Assembly: GCF_009914755.1 (NCBI RefSeq)
Contig: NC_060926.1
DNA length: 64,000 nucleotides
Direction: 5' to 3' (one strand)
Source of the DNA: the human T2T-CHM13v2.0 reference genome, Homo sapiens
Both the position numbers and the translations under genes were made by a program. Under the pieces are notes generated by a model that worked only from the letters and a program-made list of their open reading frames with translations, was not told where the DNA came from and did not search any database. Below, one piece after another: positions 26,071 through 43,600 of this stretch (its first letter is position 1; each line of letters opens with the position of its first letter).

Positions 26071-27279
26071 TGCCTGATAAAAATTTAGGAGAGACTCTTA
26101 AGAGGTGACTCTTAGCACCAGGAAAGCAGGGAAGATTAGAACATCTTGGAAAATATCTTGATTCCAAATGGAAGTGATTTAGGATTGCAAGACCCTCCAG
26201 GATCCAGATGGGTGTGGGCGTGGTGGGAGTGGAGTGGATCATTTCTGGACATTGGTGTTTTGGAGGAGCCATTTTAAGGGCTATCAGCTGGTGTTTTATG
26301 TGCTTCAGAAGAGATCTTGAGTACCAGAAATAATGGTGTCCAGCTGTGGGAGGAAGCACATATTGAAATCAGATGAATTATTTTGCAGAGACTAGGAACA
26401 TGACTGTGAAGTCCATTGGTGGACGAGGTCATTGGGGGCAGAGGAGAGGCACCAGTGGGCTCTGGAGTGCCTGTCCATCCCTGAAAGCGTAGGCCATGCG
26501 AGGTGACCACGTGGTGCTTTTGATTTCTCTTCTGGGTCCTCTTTGCCCAATTCTAGTTGAAAACTTTGGTGCAGGCTAAAGTCAGCCCAAGAGAGTGTAA
26601 TATTATCACCAACACTTCCCAGAAAGAAAAAGTCAAACGCAATTTGAGGTTTTGAAGAATCAGAATGAAGAGCCTGCTGTTAAACATTTCTTCACTATGT
26701 GAGTAAGTCAACTGAATGTGAGGATTAACTACAAACAGGAGGTTTGTATATAAATGTTTCCAGGATGGGGAAAAAAAAATCACATTTCAGAATCTTTGAA
26801 GAAGGGGTTAGCCTGGGGAAGGCATTTCACAGTTCCCTCCCCTCCCCTCCCCTCCCCTTCCTTTCCTTCTTTTTTTTTTTTTAAGGAAATCAAGAAACTT
26901 CTGGTAGAATAGAGAATAAATTGAAAGTGCATCATCTGAGGAAGGTTCTTACATAGGACAGGAATTAAAGGACATCCTCTGTATTAAAAGGATCATGTAA
27001 TCCACAGACTTTGAGAGCTGGCCCTGGAGGCAGTCTAGGCCTCTTTAGCACCGAGCTGAGTCTCTGGTCGAAGAGACCATGGAGTGAGGAGGGTGTGGAC
27101 GTCACCCAGAACTTCCATTTCAGAGACCTGCACTCAGCCAGGCTATTTGTGTGTTCTTTCAATTCATTGACAAATCAACATTGGATTTTCGGAATTCATT
27201 CAGGATCTGTCTTTGCTCTTAATCTTAACTTTTGTATTTGAGTTCTAAAAGTCCTCTAAGGAATTACTTAAGGAATTAT

Positions 27280-31800
<4,521 letters not shown>

Positions 31801-33939
31801 TCCTGTGTGCACAGAAAGTAAAAAAAAAGAAAGCCTTAAATTCTCAGTTTCTAAAAACCCTAAGAGCCTTAGAATTCTGTAGTCCACTTACAGGTTTATA
31901 AGCTACGATGCTTATTCGTTTTTTAGTTCAATCTGTTTTAACTGGGCTTTAGTTATTTTCTGCTGGGAAGGGTCTTGATAGAATCTAATTCATCATAATG
32001 AGGGAAGTGGATGTCTGCAATTACTGATTTTTGTTGCTGCTGAAGACATGGGTGGCCCCTTGGCTCAAAACCTGTTTCATCATTTGGATGGAGCATCAAA
32101 GAAGATGGGAACTCTCCACTGATAGGTTTTTCATGACACTTATGTAGATTTTCAATTAAGTAGGCACAAGAGATTTTCAGTGTAGAAAAAGTATTTTATG
32201 ATTCATGTGAACTAGACAAAGGACTGAGATCTTACGTGCGTGTAAGTCCAGGGCCATGTGACACACTTTGCAAATGTGGAAAGAACACAGCACTGGTAAA
32301 CTTAGCTGTCGTCAAGTTGATATTCTAGATTATTTTCATTCTATAATGTTTTAAACCTTATTTTCTGTAGTAAACATATATTAACATTTATAAGGTGACC
32401 CACACACTACCGTTTTTAAAAAGATAGTGTTATTTTTAAAATAGACACCTCTTTGACCTATTTTTTTCTGTGTGACTTGAAATTTGGAGACAAATCAGGA
32501 TTTCATCATGAAACATGTTTATTAGGGTGTCTGTAGAACAATGACATGGCTTGTTAGGATAAGATAAGAAACGTTTTTTCTTTTGATTGTTTTACTCTAA
32601 GGCAACACTGTTGTGTGCAAATATGAACACTTAAAGGAAATCATAGGGATCATGCAGTACAGAATTTTCAAAATTTGGGGAGTAGTTTTGTGGTAATCCA
32701 TTTTCCAGAGGAAGTCTTATGGAAGCCTAATGTCTGAAAAATAAATAATAAAATTCGGCTTAGGCTCAGATGGGAATAAGTTTAGCGCCCCTGTGACCCC
32801 CATCAACTAAGGCTTCCCCTCTGTGGTTCCCCTCTGTGAAACCCACAAGAACATCCTTTACATTTAAGGCCTTCATATTACAGAGGAGGGATCAGAGACC
32901 CGTGGGGATTCCAGGGCTGGCCAGTGCCTAGACCGAGTCAATTCTTCTCAGCCCATTCCAGGCCCTCCTGCCATCCACAGCTCATTTCCACAACTAAATA
33001 GAGTTGCTCCTTCAAGCAAAGCCAATTAGGAAGTGTCTGGTGCATTTTCTTTCTTAATTATTTCCTTTACAATCATCACTGTGTCTAGATGTTTTCCTTG
33101 GATGACCCCCAATTTTCCAGCCAGACTTGCCCTGTCTGTTGCATCCTAGCACCGTGCCTGCTCCTGGCTTTGTTGGTGTCTCCTGGACTGGAAAAGCCTG
33201 TCCAGTGTCCCAAAACAGGGATTTGGTGACAAGAAGCCCCATTTTAATGGCTGTCTTTTGTTTGCTACAGGCCCTTTACTGGTCTTCTAGATGTTGTCAC
33301 AGAGGGATTGATTCTTTTCAAGCAGACAGACCACATGCTATTTCTGTGCTGTAAATTTCCAAAGCTTCTTCCCTGTCCACCTCTCCAACCACACACTGGA
33401 ACAAGAAGTGTGTTTGCAGCTATAATCAGCACACTTAAGTACTAGTTAAATTCAGAGTGAGTACAAAATCCGTACAGCTCCTGACTCTGAAAGAGGCTAT
33501 AAAAATATTATAACATGGCTTCAAGCCCTCTGGGACCTTTAAAAATAAGGTGATCCCTCCTAACCCATTTAAAGCTTATTGGGGGTTCTAAAATAGCCCA
33601 GATTACATGTTAAGGGAGTTGTCTGATTCATAGAGGATTGTGTCAGACACCCAGGAGTCCTGGCTGCCGACTAGCAAATTCTTTTCTTGTTTCTGTTTTT
33701 TTTTCGGGGGGTGGGGGATAAGGTGCACAGTTATAGCCACTTACTTTCCTGTAAACTTCCTGAGGCTAGTCACCTTCGTCTGTACCCATGGCGTGTACCT
33801 GAAATGGTTGTGAAGTAGCCCAACAAGAGAGTCAGAGGTGCCTCCAGAAGAAGCAGCTTTCAGCTCCCTAATCTCATCTGTACACCACACATCTTTTTGG
33901 ATGTCATTTCTGTAGGTTGTTGCATAGATCCCCATGACA

Positions 33940-34090
33940 GCCCTTTGAGTAGCAGGGCAGTTCTCACCAACCCAAATCACAGATGATGATACTGAGGCTT
34001 TATGGCACCATGGAATGGTCCAAGGTCTCATGAATTTAATTTGCAGTTGGGTCTTGAATCTGGGTCTCTTGGATCTTAGACCGAGATTTT
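33940..34090 (-). mobile_element. MIR fragment
   Basis: acagatgatgatactgaggct...gtccaaggtctca...ttgaatctgggtct. Confidence 0.6.
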
Positions 34091-34399
34091 TGTTTGCTTG
34101 GCTTACTGTTAATCTCAGGTCTGATGTTGGGATACCCTGTTCTAATCTAGTGGCATCCGGGGACGCTGCTCAGCTTCAATGTGAGAACAACTCTGCATGC
34201 TTCTGGGAGGCTTGGTGGTTTATAGTCCACTCCCTCATACATTATCTGATAAGCTTTCAGCAAATACATATGCTACAAAAAATATGCAGGGCACTTGCAA
34301 ATTATTACTTATCTGCAGCAAAGTTCTGACTGCTTTCCTTGTCTCAGACTGTAGAAAATCATGTGAAAATGACAAGCATATTAAAATGCTCTCTGTTGA

Positions 34400-34825
34400 A
34401 AACTCCATCAGTAGTTCTCAGGGCATCAGGAGCAAAGTCTGGACTCTTCCTGAACGTGTGAGGAAGCTCCTGGCCTGGCTGCAGCCTCATTTACTCTTAG
34501 GCCCCCAGCACACTCCAACTGGAATGTGAGGAATAATTGGTGGCCCTGGACAGCCCTTTGGTGGCATGGTTTCTCACTGGCTGTTCCCTCCCCTTGGCCC
34601 AGTGTCTGCAGGAAGCTCTTCGTGAGAGCCCTTCTCGTTGAGAAACCCCTTCTCTGTCCCACGTGCTTGCCTCTGTTGAATCCTGTATCTGTCTGTCCTG
34701 CATGTAGGGCTTTACCCGCTACATGTGGGCTCTGAGCTCAGCGTAGAGGGCCTGGCATCTGCTCCGGTGTTGAGAGTGCTCAGAGGTCAGAAGGCACTTG
34801 GTAAATATTAGCTGAATGAAGGAAC
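34400..34825 (+). mobile_element. L2 3' fragments
   Basis: caggagcaaagtctggactc..., gtgtctgcaggaagctctt, and terminus aggcacttggtaaatattagctgaatgaa. Confidence 0.55.
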
Positions 34826-36335
34826 TGTATTTTAAAACAATTCCCTTTTGCGTTATATTTGTGCAAAAGTGTGTGCAAAGTGTGACTGGAAGAATGTGAT
34901 TATGTGTGGGTAAGTGCTGGATGTTGTGCGTACTAAGAGGGAAACTGGTCTACCTGATGCCCACCTTGGCGTTGACCACATCAGGCTCAGAGAGCTCACT
35001 GCATAGAGGCTGCTGTGGGATTGGCAGGGAATGGGTACCCCGCATGGTTTATCTCTATTTCCTCCAAGCAACTCTGCACACTTTTGCATAGAGCTGACCC
35101 TCAACAAGTGCTTTTGGGATTGAATGACACTGTAATCTCTCTAAATACTTGGACTTTATGAGCCCTCTGGTTCTAGGCCTCTGCTGAGATCCTAGAGGAC
35201 ACTGAAAGGCATATTCTGAGAGCTACCTCTTTGCAAATGCTTTTATTTTAAGTAAAAGAAAATGTCCTTGTTTCCTCCTACCCCTTTTCCAATCTTAGCA
35301 CTCTATATTGCCTTGCAGGGACTGTGGGCCATCACTAGCTCCCCGCCTCTCACCACTCAATCTCAACATGTCTGTTTTTTAGCAGCTTGGTGTGAGGCTC
35401 TTAGCTTTCCTTCTGGGGGCTGCAGCTGAGACTGCCTAATCTTGGATTTGCCCAGTTAGGCAACGACAGAATGGGGTGGGGGAGTCGGGATGGAGCTCCA
35501 GGGAAGCAGATGGATCGCCGGAGGGCTGCTGTCACATTGCATTGGAAGGTGACAGATGGAAGCACACAGTAGTCTGCAGCCAGGCTGTCATGCGCAGCCA
35601 CCATGGGGCACCGGGCGTGCTGTCTCTTCCTGGAAGGTGGAACTTGATCACCGCTCTGCCTGGCCTCAGCAGTCCCTTCTGCGGGGCTCTGCTCTGGGCT
35701 GGTGAAGGGACAGAAAGCAAAGTGGAGTGATTGAAGGACACAGTCCAGTAACTCAGCAGCCTGCCGTGCCAGAGACAGAACAGACACACGGACAAGGGCA
35801 AGCCTTCCTTGCTTTCCTCCCCGACACCCAGGTGACCACCCAGTTTGGGAGGAAAACAGAATATTGCATTTTAGGTAGAGCAGCTGATTAAAGTTCTCGG
35901 GCCAGATGTCTTAGTGATTCATGGTGCTCTCAGCATAGACCTTGAGCAATAACCCATGTGGCCCACTTTTTCGTTCTTGGTGGAGCGCTGGCTCCTTCTG
36001 GGAGTTACAAATGTTGGGCTGTGACTAGCACCTTGAGCTAACTCAGTAGCCTCTCTCCTATGTCACGGTGGGAGTGTGTGGGACGTTGAGGTACAAAGCT
36101 GAAGAAGGTTCAGTGTTCATGATTCTGGGGGACTGTCCACGTGACCGTAATCTATTTCCCAGAGGGTCCCAGGCTGGCTGCCTTCCCAATCAGACAGTTG
36201 CTTCTGTGCATCCCGCAGGAGGAGGCAGAGGAGGACATGGGCCTGGTGTCTCACCTGCAAGGTGGCAGTGGGGTAGGCTGTGCAGAGATCAAGGTTGGGA
36301 GTGGGCCCTGCTGAAAGGAGCTTGGACACTATTCC

Positions 36336-36397
36336 AAAGCTTCTCTTTTACCCAATGGCTCCCTAAAAGCTTCTCTTTTACCCAGTGACTCCCTAAA
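36336..36397. repeat. Tandem duplication, 30 bp x 2
   Basis: aaagcttctcttttaccca(a/g)tg(g/a)ctcccta at 36336 and 36366. Confidence 0.9.
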
Positions 36398-36896
36398 TGG
36401 TGCATTAGATCATCTTGCAGGTGCAGCGTGGGCGTCCAGTTACTGCTCTCCGGGGCTTGCTCCCCTGATCACTCTCTTACTGCCCTCAGAGCACAGAACA
36501 CGTGATGCTCCTGGCGAAGCACCTCATTGACTCATTCCAAATAAACTCCCTCAGTGAGAGGACAGGGCCTCTGCATCCCTGTGGCCAAGTCACAGCACTG
36601 GGGGTGAGGCTGGTGATCTGATACATCAGAAGCGCCCTGGCTTGTCTGCAACTCCAGGGAGTTCTGATCTCAGGGTCTCATGAAGCCTTGTAACTTTCAC
36701 AACTTGTTCTCTCAGTGGGACATTGGGGTATGGCCAGGAGTCAGAGACTTTAAAAAGGAAGCAGAGGGATTGAAAGGCGGGATGGAAGTGAAAGTGGAGC
36801 ATGGCTCATTGGTGTGATTATTTAATAGATTACTAGGAAAACAGGGATCATGATGTACAATTGCGTGTGCACATCCAGATAGGAGAGCTGCTGTTG

Positions 36897-37321
36897 GATC
36901 TTAGTTCATTTTCTGTCGCTGTAATAGAGTATCTGAGACTGGGTGATATAAAGAAAAGAAGTTTATTTCTCACAGTCCTGGAGGCTGGGAAGTCCGGGAT
37001 CAGGTGACCTCATGGGGTGGGCTGTTGGTGAGGGGCCTCACGCGGCATCATAGCACAGCAGAAGGCATCACAGGATGAGGGGCACACGAAAGAAAACCAA
37101 AGTGGCTTCTATAACAGACTCACTCTCAGGGTAGCTGTTCTACTCCTATGATAACCCATTAATCTGTTCATCCATAACCGGTGAATGGATTAATCCGGTC
37201 ATGAGGGCAGACGCCTTATGACCCAGTCATTTCTTAAAGATCACCACCCCCCCCATACTGTTTCATTGAGGATTAAGTTTCAGCATGAGTTCCAGAGGGA
37301 ACCAACATTGAAACCATAGCA
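36897..37321 (-). mobile_element. MaLR solo LTR (MSTC/MSTD-like)
   Basis: tcttagttcattttctg...ggaggctgggaagtcc...gaatggattaatcc..tcatgagggcaga...aaaccatagca. Confidence 0.85.
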
Positions 37322-39383
37322 CTGGAGCAGCAAGTGAAGTTCCCAATTCCCCTGGATTCCCCGGGACTTGTCTACTACCAAATAGGCACTTTGATCTCAG
37401 TCAAGGGGCTACCTGTCCCTGCCCTCATATGGAGATCATACAGTGCTGCTCCATGTTACTTCCTCTCTGTGGCCTGTATTCCGGAGACCCTCCAGCACTC
37501 ACATTCTGTGATTCCAAGAGTTATAAATGAATGTCTTGCCCCTAGTATCCAGGAGGATATTTCATGGCAATGGAGACCACTGGAAAACTAAAGGGAAACA
37601 TGGGTGGAGGAAAAGTAAACTGTGTTGTTCAGTGAAGCCCTAAAATCCTCTTCTTTTTCCTTATTTTCCCTCGGAGTAGACTAGGGACGATGTATATCAT
37701 AGGCCCTTGTGCCTTTGGCATGGAATCTTCGCAACAGAGTGAAAACCTTTGAGGTTCCCAGATCAACTCTTAGAATCTGCCTTACTCACCTATTTTTTAA
37801 AAAATGAGCCCAGCTGAAGGTGGCTTCTGACATTTGAAAGGCATACCATGAAGGGACTTTGGCTTTTGTTAGAGAACTTGAGTCGGGGTGAGTCCACCTG
37901 GGCCCCTGGATGATACTCTTTTAAAAAGGCAATGAGAGTGGCCAAGGTTGTGTTCTGGAAAGTGATGGTCACAACACACAACCGGGGAAGTATAACACCA
38001 TCTTGAATTGAAGGAGAAATTAATCACGACTCGGAAGTATTGGTGTGTAGAGAGAAGGATACTCAGGTGGAAGAGCACTGACCTGCTCTCTGCGTAGATC
38101 AGGCATGTATTTCATCTCACCGTGAGGGGAGGAAGTCATGCCAGGTAAATCTCAAGGCGCTTCCACACCTGAAATGTTCCTGGCAAATACATGGGTTCCC
38201 CGGTGTGGAGGTATGAGAGTTCTTTTCTCCTTCACCGCAGACAGGCAGGTCTGTGGCAGTTTCAGGCTCTCTGCTGGATTCACACTCATAAGTGGTTTGT
38301 TTACTTCCTTCAGCATGAAGGAAGAGCTGAAGAAAGTGCTGGCATGCGCTTACTTTTGAAATTGGCAGTGAAGTGATTGTATGAAGTCATTGGTCAGCAT
38401 AATGCCAATTTCAATTGTGTGTGCGTGTGTGTGTACGTGTGTGTGTTTGGTAGTGAAGAAAGCTTTCAGAAAAATCTGCTTTGCTATTTGAAATGCAACG
38501 TGGTCCTCTGGATGTCTTTCTTGTACTTACATGGTTTTTTTTTTCTGTATGGCTTTTAGTGTAATTTCTCTTTAAAACATAATAATTTAGCAATTAGAAA
38601 AGGAATAATGCATGCTTTTCTTTTTTTAAGTCTGATGTTAAATCAGTCCATGGGTTTCTGGTTACTTCTTACTGCATCACAGAAAGGTCTATTGCTTCAT
38701 AGGCATTTAACATGTTGCGATTATCTTTATGATAATAAATCTTTATGATGATAATGATTATGTGCTACGACAATATGACCAGGAAAAAAAATTATTTTCT
38801 GAGGGGTGGAGGCGTTTTATTTTCCAGATTGAATTCCTATAAAGGTACATTTTTTTTTTCCCTCTTAGAATGTGAACTACTCTTTTACAGACCTGCACTG
38901 AGTGCCTTCTGTGTCCAGGGCACTGTGAGTGGAGTCCCTGCGATCCAGAGTATTTGATACAGATCCAGCCTTAGGAGATAGTAATGTATTTGGAGAGATG
39001 AGACATGCATGCATCCTAAGGACATAATTTATATTTTATTTCAAGAGCAAGAGAACACTAAGAGAGGAAAGCTCCGATGCAAGGATCTTGCTGTGGATGA
39101 CATCCTTGAGGCCATGCCTTCATGTCTGGCACATGACTTTGAATACCCATCCCTCTTTTGTCCTTCTGCCTAGAATTTCTTTCACTCATAACAACATCAC
39201 TCCAACCTTAAAGCCCAGCATGAATACCCCTTCTTCCATGAAGTATTCCTGACTTGGCCACCTGGAAATGCTGTGTTTTCTTGGAATTCCTAGGCAGTGT
39301 GTGGTATTGTGGAAGTAGTATTAGCTACAGTGTTTGATTGGCATTTGAAAATCTCTCTCTCATTTACTAAATACATGTGAAAT

Positions 39384-40007
39384 TGAAACAGCCTCGTTGT
39401 CTGGGGTAATATCTGAGGTTTGTTGTTTCATGGCCAGGGAGAACAAGGACACGGACATACGAAGAGTGAGGTTGACAGTGGAAGTTTAATAGGTGAAAGA
39501 AAGAGAATAGCTCTCCGCTACAGAGAGCGGTCCTGGAAAAATGCGTTGTGGGATCCACGGTGAAATGCAGGGGGTTTTATAGATAAGCTGGTGGGGAATG
39601 ATACCTGGTCTACATAGGGAGCTAAAGACTGGTTATGCCAGGTGTGCCATTTGCATAGGGCACAAATCTCTGGTAGCCCCCACCCTAATGATTTATTATG
39701 CAGGCGGGTTCTCTGCCTGAGCTCCACCATGTTGCCCTTTTATTTATTACTGTACACGTGGTAACAGAAAAGGGAAGATGGAGCCTCCATGTTGGACATG
39801 CCCGGCCCCCAGGTCACCCTTTTCTATGGTGCAGCTGCTGGCATCCCCCATAGAAGTTTCTGGCTTCCTTATTTATGTTTGCAGCTCCATTTTTCAGGCT
39901 TTTCTTTGTTACAAGAGAAATGATTTTGGGAGGTTGCTTTTTGTTAGAAGGGAAGCTCTGCCGAGGACTCTTTTTGATCTCATAATTTCTTTCTACCTCC
40001 CATATCA
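39384..40007 (-). mobile_element. ERV1 solo LTR, LTR9B-like
   Basis: TG...CA termini; the minus strand begins TGATATGGGAGGTAGAAAGAAATTAT...AAAAGAGTCCTCGGCAGAGCTTCCC; imperfect 4-bp TSD aaat/aaac. Confidence 0.8.
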
Positions 40008-41617
40008 AAACTTTGTGCTATTTAGCCTTCTGACTGAACACTGGTTTCCTCATCTGTGAAGCCAATATCTCATCAGATTATGGATAAATTCACCGAAATA
40101 AGGAAAACTTCTAACACTTAGACAAGAAAATTAATAAAACATTAGTTCTTCCCCATTCTATTTTGCTTGGATATTTATGCACTTGTCTTATTTTATTCAT
40201 CACAGCATAAACTTCCAGAGGCAGGGCAATACCTTTTCCATTACTGAGCACAGGCATTCATGCACAGAAGGTCCTCAGTTAATGACTGGCCCAGCCTTGC
40301 TGGTCTCCATGGTTTATGCCATCATGATGCCAGTGTTGAATTTGTGGTGGTCTTTGAACTGTGATTGATCGTTGAAGGGAGATGACAAGATCATTTTGAT
40401 AATTTTAAAAGATGGATGAATAAGGGGACTGTCCTCAGCACTGAGAAGCAGAGGTCAAGGATGAAGTCGTACTTGGACTAGAATTAGGCTAAGTTATAAG
40501 TGGTGATTTGATGCATGAGATCCACCTTTCTATGTTTGAGATATTGGAGGACATCTTTTCTGAATCGTGCCTTGTTCCACAGAGAGAGACTGAGACCTGA
40601 ACAGACAGGAACATAGGTAACATCAGGAGTCCTCAGGTAACATGAACACTAAATACCTGAAAATGTATGTTTGATTTTTACCCTTACGGGCCAAGCAAGG
40701 AGTCTCTGGGTTGAAATGTTTGTGTCCGTTTGGAGGTAGGTGAATCTCCAATGATTTGGGGGGCATGAAAGTTAATATGCAACACATTCTGATCCGATTT
40801 ACCTTCTGTGTTGGCTCCATCCTGTTCCTTAATGGACTGATGAACCTCTCTCAGTATCATGTCACTTTCTGAGCTCGTAGACATTCCTTGTCACACAATT
40901 AAATTCCTCGTGACTTGGTTTTCTAAGTTAAACCACCTTTTCTTGCCTCCTTCTTCTTCTCAGAATGAATCTGTGTAATTGGATGTGTGAGGTATGCTTA
41001 GTTGCCATTTACCTAAGTCTGTTTCCAAAAATGACCGAACAAAAGACTATTACAAGAGAAGAGGCCCAAACAAACCCTGTAGTTTTAACAAATTTCCTTT
41101 TCTCCTCCCTTCTTATCTCTCTCACTCTCTTTTCCACTTTCTTCTCTCCTCTGTCTTTAGCTAGTTAATTACATATCTAGAGTTAAAACTCAGGGTTTCC
41201 GAGTCATGTGTCCTTGGTGTGCAGTCATTGGGTGAGGAGCTGGGGACGTCAAAAATGAATTTAACGTAGTCCCTCCTCTCAGGCAGCTGCAAACTAGAAG
41301 CAGGCGTGGGACACACTGTATGCCCAGGAGTGGCTTTGCATTTGAGAGCCATCCTTCTGGCAGCTGTGCAGGGAATGGGTCGACCTGGCCTTGCATTTTC
41401 CTCACTCCCCTCCTGGCCCACTCCAGCAGCTGGTAGGCAAAGCTGTAAAGGAAGTAATGATGTGGCTCAGGAAAGAGGCATGAGGTTAAAGCAAAACTGT
41501 GGCAAGGGTAGCAGAGATGGAAAAAAAAACAAAAAACAGAAAACAAAAAAACACAACACAGCAAGAGAACACGTTGGCTTCCAATGTGAATTTTCATTCT
41601 TTGAAAGAGGGAGCATG

Positions 41618-42442
41618 TTCATGTCCTTTGCCCACTTTTTGAAGACATTTATGCAGCCAAAAAACACATGAAAAAATACTCATCATCACTGGCCATCAGA
41701 GAAATGCAAATCAAAACCACAATGAGATACCATCTCACACCAGTTAGAATGGCAATCATTAAAAAGTCAGGAAACAACAGGTGCTGGAGAGGATGTGGAG
41801 AAATAGGAACACTTTTACATTGTTGGTGGGACTGTAAATTAGTTCAACCCTTGTGGAAGTCAGTGTGGCAATTCCTCAGGGATCTAGAACTAGAAATACC
41901 ATTTGACCCAGCCATCCCATTACTGGGTATATACCCAAAGGGCTATAAATCATGCTGCTATAAAGACACATGCACACGTATGTTTATTGTGGCACTATTC
42001 ACAATAGCAAAGACTTGGAACCAACCCAAATGTCCAACTATGATAGACTGAATTAAGAAAACGTGGCACATATACACCATGGAATACTACGCAGCCATAA
42101 AAAATGATGAGTTCATGTCCTTTGTAGGGACATGGATGAAATTGGAAATCATCATTCTCAGTAAACTATCGCAAGAACAAAAAACCAAACACCACATATT
42201 CTCACTCATAGGTGGGAATTGAAAAATGAGAACACATGGACACAGGAAGGGGAACATCACACTCTGGGGACTGTTGTGGGGTCGGGGAGGGGGAGGGATA
42301 GCTTTAGGAGATATACCTAATGCTAAATGACGAGTTAATGGGTGCAGCACACCAGCATGGAACATGTATACATATGTAACTAACCTGCGCATTGTGCACA
42401 TGTACCCTAAAACTTAAAGTATAATAATAATAAAAATAAAAA
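41618..42442 (+). mobile_element. 5'-truncated, 5'-inverted L1PA3-like element
   Basis: 14-bp TSD aaagagggagcatg (41604-41617, 42443-42456). ORF2 C-terminus with [18 protein letters not shown] and a premature TGA at 42049-42051. 3' UTR diagnostics gctaaatgacgagttaatggg (not L1HS ACA). A tail present. Confidence 0.97.
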
Positions 42443-43600
42443 AAAGAGGGAGCATGGGTTTGCACTCAACACAGTAGCAAGGAGTTTAGGTATACAAGTA
42501 GGATTTCTGCACACAGAGGAGTTCTGCCTGCGTGTGTGTGCGGGGTGCCCTGTTTGGAATTGTCCACAAACAGGTGTACTCAACAAATTTCAAATGTTTG
42601 CTCCACCATAGCTGGCAGGCCTGTTGTGAGGATATTTACAAGAAATGTGAAACAACCTTGCAGACACATGCACTGGGACGAGGCAAGGCTTTTCTGGGCC
42701 TGGAGGGAAAATAGGGAAATAGGACACGATCTCAGCTCATGAGGAGGGTGTGTCGGAGGCTGTCATAGGAGGCAGTGGTGCCCTGCAAGGTGGGGAGCGG
42801 CCCCCACCACACATGTGAAGGCAGGTGGAAGCTCTTAGGTGAGTGGGCCTACAGCACCAGACCCCTCCCGTGTACGGAGAGCAACTTTGTGTCAATTACT
42901 CAATTACAGAAACGTCTATATATTCAGGGCCTTTATGGAGTTTAAGGGACCAGTGCCTTCTAGAGGGAGAAGCTTTTCTAAGCCTGAGGCATAATGCAAA
43001 ACCTAAGCGCAAACAGCGGGAAGATGGGGCGGTGACTCTGTCTCAGTGGCAAGGGTGGAGCTGCAGGCCCGTGTGGTGGCGCAGAGCTTCGGGAAACGGG
43101 ACAGGATTGCATCTTCAGGATGGCATCCGTGACGCTGTTTCCCCATCCTTTCCAGGTGAATAAGGAAAAAGGCACGAGATTTATAAAAATTGCTTTTGGT
43201 AATTAAGTGTAATTATATAATCTTAAAAGGAAATCTCTCTTTTACCTACTAGATTGCTATGCTGTTTGTATTTGGTGAAGAGACAGAAAATTTGCCTATC
43301 AGGGTTTTCACTTATTAAGCTTTCAGTTTTTAAACAGGATGTGCATTTTAGGTTTGAAGAAGTTAAATGTTTAGTATCATTAAAAAAGAAAGAAAAGGAA
43401 AAAAGACCGCTCCTCACCCCCACAACACACACACAAATACCAGAATTGCACATTCAGCATTGGGGAAGTTGTTTACTCAGCCACAATTGTTAGCCCCGAC
43501 CTTTGCAGGTACTTCAAAGTCTTAGCCCATATATTTCAGAGTAAGAAGAAATGGTGGTTTAAATAGACTGTGTGAGTATGATTATGACAATATTGGCCAG

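Noticed and set aside
41668-42051. 127-aa ORF as a gene
   Set aside because: It is the C-terminal part of L1 ORF2p in a truncated element, ending at a premature stop (TGG to TGA).
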